From: an uncultured virus (IMG/VR IMGVR_UViG_3300006120_000018)
Taxonomy: Duplodnaviria; Heunggongvirae; Uroviricota; Caudoviricetes
Virus record (IMG/VR): IMGVR_UViG_3300006120_000018
DNA: 20,000 bases
Direction: 5' to 3' (one strand)
The notes below the pieces were generated by a model. It had not been told where the DNA came from. It worked only from the letters and a program-made list of their open reading frames with translations, and searched no databases. Position 1 is the first letter of the stretch, and each line of letters opens with the position of its first letter. Made by a program: the position numbers and the translations under genes. Shown in pieces: positions 16,531-20,000 of the stretch.

Positions 16531-17678
16531 CTACTACGAAATTCCACTCCCAAATCAGGAAACTTGCTTCTATGTAATACATTATAAGCACCATTCTGAT
16601 CTGCATCAGTAGTATACCCACAATTTTTACATTTAAATATTTTCCCTTTTCGATTGGTCTTTCGTACCAAATAGCATTTTGGACACTGTTGAGAGTTATA
16701 AGTGGAATCCACGAGAGAAAATAAAACCTTTATTTCCTCACATTTCCTCTTCACCTTATCCCTAATAATAGTGTTAGTCCAATGGCTCATCTTTCTACTA
16801 ACATGCTTCTTATAACCTATATTAACTATCTCTTCTAGCTTTAGTTCTTTAATGTTATTAAAATTCAATTGATTTATAGTCCAACCTATAAAATTCCTTC
16901 TTTGTCTTACTGTTCTATTAAATCCCTTTGATCCTTTCTTTCTTCTAGATAACGTCTCTAATATGGATTCTAAACTATGATTGTGTATATCCACTTTCTT
17001 TGTTACTTGTCCATCCGAAAGATTTAGAACATCTAATCTACCTTGATCTGCTCCAACTACTTCAGTTCCTTTATTTTCTTCTCCTTCTACATCATATCTG
17101 AATGTTATATTTTTATCTGATAAAGAAATACCACATAGTAATCTACCTTTCTTTAACCATTTGATATCCAGTCTTTGTTTCTTTACTGGTATTGGGATTT
17201 TATCAATTCCAATAGATTTTAAAGCGACAAACATATCAAAGAAGTTACCATTTTGGAAGTCTATATTTTTAGAACTTAGTTCTGGATTTATTCTAGAGAA
17301 TTCTGGTTTTACTAGTATTACTTCTTTTAGTTTCTTTAGAATATGTTTATATGGTTCATTTTCTTCTTTGAGTTTATTAAGAACGTATAATAGTTTCTTT
17401 CTTTGTTCTACTGCTCCTCTTAACATGCCTGATATTTGAGTTACGATAGAAGATAGCGTTCTGGCTGAAAGCCAAGTATCTAATATAAAGTCATTATAAT
17501 CCAGATATTTTGGTAAGTCGAGGTTATCTGTGATTGGATTAAATTCTTTATAACCATTATTCCATATATTATCACCTATGATAGAAGCTACGCTTCTATA
17601 TTCAGATAAGAAAGAGTCGTAAGATTTTCTTTTATCTGAATTAAGGTATTTTAAGGAATGTTTGGTAGAACGGATCAT
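16431..17678 (-). CDS. tnpB: TnpB RNA-guided endonuclease (IS607-associated)
   Basis: RuvC-I VVGADQG, RuvC-II LKLEEI, Zn finger CPKC..CKNC, RuvC-III DADQNGAYN. Confidence 0.92.
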   Translation of the reverse strand: MIRSTKHSLKYLNSDKRKSYDSFLSEYRSVASIIGDNIWNNGYKEFNPITDNLDLPKYLDYNDFILDTWLSARTLSSIVTQISGMLRGAVEQRKKLLYVLNKLKEENEPYKHILKKLKEVILVKPEFSRINPELSSKNIDFQNGNFFDMFVALKSIGIDKIPIPVKKQRLDIKWLKKGRLLCGISLSDKNITFRYDVEGEENKGTEVVGADQGRLDVLNLSDGQVTKKVDIHNHSLESILETLSRRKKGSKGFNRTVRQRRNFIGWTINQLNFNNIKELKLEEIVNIGYKKHVSRKMSHWTNTIIRDKVKRKCEEIKVLFSLVDSTYNSQQCPKCYLVRKTNRKGKIFKCKNCGYTTDADQNGAYNVLHRSKFPDLGVEFRSRRLNLKKGFFWKPNGVFTFEGEELKVPHSIQKG

Positions 17679-17679
17679 T

Positions 17680-18255
17680 TTAATCTATAGTATTTAACTG
17701 TTCTTTTAACTTTATTGCTTTTGATTGTCCTCTTCTAGCTCCGTAGAGTCTACAACAGAAGCTAGTTATGATAGCAATAAAATCTTTTAGTATATCTTCA
17801 TCGTTCGATGAATTGTTGTTTATAACAACAACTTCACAATCAACATGATTTAATAATTTAGAAATGTAATTAAAACCAAATCTGGTTAATCTATCTTTAT
17901 GTAAAACAATCAATTTTGTAGGAGGAGATTCTAGTATTTTATTTAGAAACTTTCTATTATCATTCATTCCAGAAGCTATTTCTTTATATGTTTTAGATAT
18001 ATTCCAACCTTTTGCTATGCAAAATTGTTCACATAATTGAATTTGAGATTCTAAATCCTGTTTTTTGTTTGGGGAACTCACTCTTCCATAAATCACCACA
18101 GATTCTTCTTTTTTTATTTTATTTTCTTTTGGAAAAACAAAAATACTTCCAGTTTCTGTTATTTCAAACGGAACAGGCATTTTATTTTTCTTAACCCACT
18201 GCCATGCAGTTCTGTATGTAATCCCTTGTTTTTTTGCCCATTCTGATAGTTTCAT
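17680..18255 (-). CDS. tnpA: IS607 TnpA serine recombinase/transposase
   Basis: N-terminal MerR-like HTH (KLSEWAKKQGITYRTAWQW), YGRVSS..KQDL..Q, ASG, KDRLTRFGF, FCCRLYG.R. Confidence 0.95.
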   Translation of the reverse strand: MKLSEWAKKQGITYRTAWQWVKKNKMPVPFEITETGSIFVFPKENKIKKEESVVIYGRVSSPNKKQDLESQIQLCEQFCIAKGWNISKTYKEIASGMNDNRKFLNKILESPPTKLIVLHKDRLTRFGFNYISKLLNHVDCEVVVINNNSSNDEDILKDFIAIITSFCCRLYGARRGQSKAIKLKEQLNTID

Positions 18256-18318
18256 TATAATATTACTTATCTAATAATGTAATATTTTTCTTGATTTATC
18301 TTAAAAATGATATATAAT

Positions 18319-19167
18319 TTATATAATGATTAAAGACATCTTCATTCTACTTTCTACAGATGCTTTTTTCCCGAAATTTGGAGGTTTCTTTCCTATTTTT
18401 GCTAAAGACATTTTTTGTTTCGATTCATCAGTATGTGTTTTTCCAATATGCCATTCTCTAATCTTTCTTTTTGCTTCTTCAGTATGTAATCTTCCTTTAC
18501 TAGATTCAGATATTTTTCTTCTTGTATCTTCGCTTATTGGTGTATAATTTTCTTTTCTACTTTTTGATATTTTTCTTCTCGTTTCTTGTGACATGTTTTT
18601 AGCAATATCCGACAATTTCTTTTTTGTTTCTTCCGAACATTTATATTGTTTTTTAATTATAGATAATTTTTCGCAAGTTTCTTTAGATCGTATTTTTCCT
18701 GTATTTGCTACTGATAGTTTCTTTCTAGTTTCTTCGCTACATGGTGGTCTACGTTTGTTTGCTTCGGATATTTTCTTTTTGGTTTCATCTGTATGTTTTT
18801 TTCCTGTATTTGTAATAGAAAGTTTCTTTTTCGTTTCTTCTGACATTATATTAACTCCAGTATCCGTTATTTGAACTACATTATACCCAATCGCTCTATC
18901 ACAACAATTAGTATGTTCTATCCACCAAGATTCTCTGATTTTAATTTGAGTTCTATCTTCCACTGTTTCTATAAGTTCGTATATAAACGCCGCTTCTCCA
19001 TATAAATTCCATGCATTTTGTAGATGTGGATTATCATGTCTAAAATTTCTCAATTTTGATCTATGTGATATAAATCTTCCATAAACATTAAACGAGCTTC
19101 CAATATATATTTTCTTTGAAATTATATTAGTTATTTTATATATTCCACAAACATCATCTTTTCTCAT
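18319..19167 (-). CDS. GIY-YIG homing endonuclease with about 10 NUMOD3 repeats, C-terminus probably truncated by IS607
   Basis: GIYKITN...YIGSS..V..R...H...L....H.N..LQ.AWN.YG..F..E.IE...RE motifs; tandem (S/T)EET(K/R)KK(I/L)S repeats; last repeat breaks at KMSL|III-stop. Confidence 0.88.
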   Translation of the reverse strand: MRKDDVCGIYKITNIISKKIYIGSSFNVYGRFISHRSKLRNFRHDNPHLQNAWNLYGEAAFIYELIETVEDRTQIKIRESWWIEHTNCCDRAIGYNVVQITDTGVNIMSEETKKKLSITNTGKKHTDETKKKISEANKRRPPCSEETRKKLSVANTGKIRSKETCEKLSIIKKQYKCSEETKKKLSDIAKNMSQETRRKISKSRKENYTPISEDTRRKISESSKGRLHTEEAKRKIREWHIGKTHTDESKQKMSLAKIGKKPPNFGKKASVESRMKMSLIII

Positions 19168-19175
19168 ACTATTAT

Positions 19176-19430
19176 TTATCTCGAATCTGCAAATTTCGGA
19201 GACTTATAGCGTAATTTATTATAATGTGAAGTTCTACATGATCCTGAACAAAACTTAATATTATGTTTGCTTCTATGTGCTTTGTATGGTATAATTCCTC
19301 CGCATTCTTTGCATAGTTTTGGGGATTCTTCGTATGCGATTTGTTTTGGGGATTTTTTATGGATTTTTAGATGTCCCGCGTAAGCTCTTTGAAGTTCGAA
19401 TGATTTTTGACAAATTTTGCAAGTGTACAT
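19176..19430 (-). CDS. Small C2H2 zinc-finger plus Cys4 zinc-ribbon protein
   Basis: YTCKICQKSF..QRAYAGHLKIH (C2H2) and CKECG...FCSGSC; TAAATA at 19446-19451. Confidence 0.7.
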   Translation of the reverse strand: MYTCKICQKSFELQRAYAGHLKIHKKSPKQIAYEESPKLCKECGGIIPYKAHRSKHNIKFCSGSCRTSHYNKLRYKSPKFADSR

Positions 19431-19472
19431 AAATTTAGTTTGACATATTTAAGGAATCTGTTAATATAAGTG

Positions 19473-20000
19473 TTACCATAAATATAGAAGAATCTTTGAT
19501 TTTCTAGATATATGACTTAAAGACTTTTTATCTTGTTTCCAAGATTTAAAAGGAAATCTATAACACAGTTTAGATTTCTTTAATTTGGTATATAATTTCT
19601 TCCATGAATCAATCTTAGTATTTGATTCTACCATTTTCTTCCAACGAGTAGGTAGCACATTAAGATCGAATTCAGGATAAACTATATCCATTTTCTTACC
19701 ATCTTTAAATGGTAAAAATTGTTTTGTTACAAAAGTATTATAGAACAAGTAAGCTCTACGAGATAACTCTATAGAAGCCGCTATCATATCAGGTTCATTT
19801 TCATTCATCATTTGACCTATGAAAGAAGAATAAGCTGGTTCTATTTCTTGAGTTTTAATATCATGAATATTGCACCATTTAATTAGATTATTAAAGAAGA
19901 GAGTTCTATTCCAGTTATTATTAATCATTCTGTTATAGAGTTTACCTTTTTTATTATCTTTTGGTTTGATATTTAGTTTTTCGAATGCTACTAATTCACA
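19473..20000 (-). CDS. tnpB: TnpB/Cas12-like RuvC protein, C-terminal part (5' end outside the window), lacking the zinc finger
   Basis: Frame open to 20000: CELVAFEKLNI (RuvC-II)...NNWNR...IEPAYSSFIG...PDMIAASIELSRR (RuvC-III-like); no CxxC motifs between RuvC-II and RuvC-III. Confidence 0.7.
   Translation of the reverse strand, partial: CELVAFEKLNIKPKDNKKGKLYNRMINNNWNRTLFFNNLIKWCNIHDIKTQEIEPAYSSFIGQMMNENEPDMIAASIELSRRAYLFYNTFVTKQFLPFKDGKKMDIVYPEFDLNVLPTRWKKMVESNTKIDSWKKLYTKLKKSKLCYRFPFKSWKQDKKSLSHISRKSKILLYLW

Larger units (their letters stand above)
16411..18330 (-). mobile_element. IS607-family insertion sequence (tnpA + tnpB); boundaries approximate
   Basis: Serine-recombinase tnpA abutting tnpB; the flanking genes are truncated at about 18330 and 16411. 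Confidence 0.85.

Noticed and set aside
18291..18318. Plus-strand TTGATT-N16-TATAAT at the IS607 left end, pointing outward
   Set aside because: No sense gene downstream and the region is extremely AT-rich, so it may be chance.
18330..18850. Repetitive DNA near TnpB as a possible CRISPR array
   Set aside because: These are degenerate in-frame NUMOD3 coding repeats; no identical repeats with unique spacers were seen anywhere in the window.
1667..18874. Many hydrophobic Phe/Ser/Ile/Leu-rich 60-145 aa ORFs opposite or overlapping real genes (e.g. 4117-4551, 12716-13063, 18593-18874)
   Set aside because: Typical antisense shadows of Lys/Glu-rich genes in AT-rich DNA; no independent motifs. Not counted as holins.
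1..20000. Stop-codon reassignment, tRNA genes or group I introns
   Set aside because: Genes tile densely under code 11 with TAA, TGA and TAG all used as stops; no cloverleaf seen; no intergenic space or split host gene around the endonucleases to hold an intron core.

Overview
AT-rich, gene-dense 20 kb segment that most likely comes from a large T4-like/jumbo myophage genome using the standard genetic code. Support: a T4 gp4 head-completion homologue, dUTPase, two GIY-YIG/NUMOD3 homing endonucleases and recurring TAA(A/G)TA late-promoter-like motifs. Genes fall into two classes. (i) Genes behind sigma70-like TTGA..-N16-TAA.AT promoters, mostly nucleotide metabolism: PolX-like nucleotidyltransferase, dUTPase fusion, DUF4406-DUF5664 fusion. 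(ii) Genes behind TAA(A/G)TA motifs, many with short leaders (or tails) resembling T4 capsid-targeting, prohead-protease-cleaved peptides; these include a 4-gene SNF2 + ArdC/zincin operon that looks like a head-packaged, split 'polyvalent' anti-defence module. Also present: a candidate lysis pair (u-spanin-like lipoprotein + GH75/DPBB hydrolase), an IS607 element (tnpA + tnpB) flanked by two different truncated genes, a second Zn-finger-less TnpB-like gene at the right edge, and a 49-bp single-hairpin IS200/IS605 relic that supplies the dUTPase stop codon. All family calls come from motif recognition by eye; no database searches were run.
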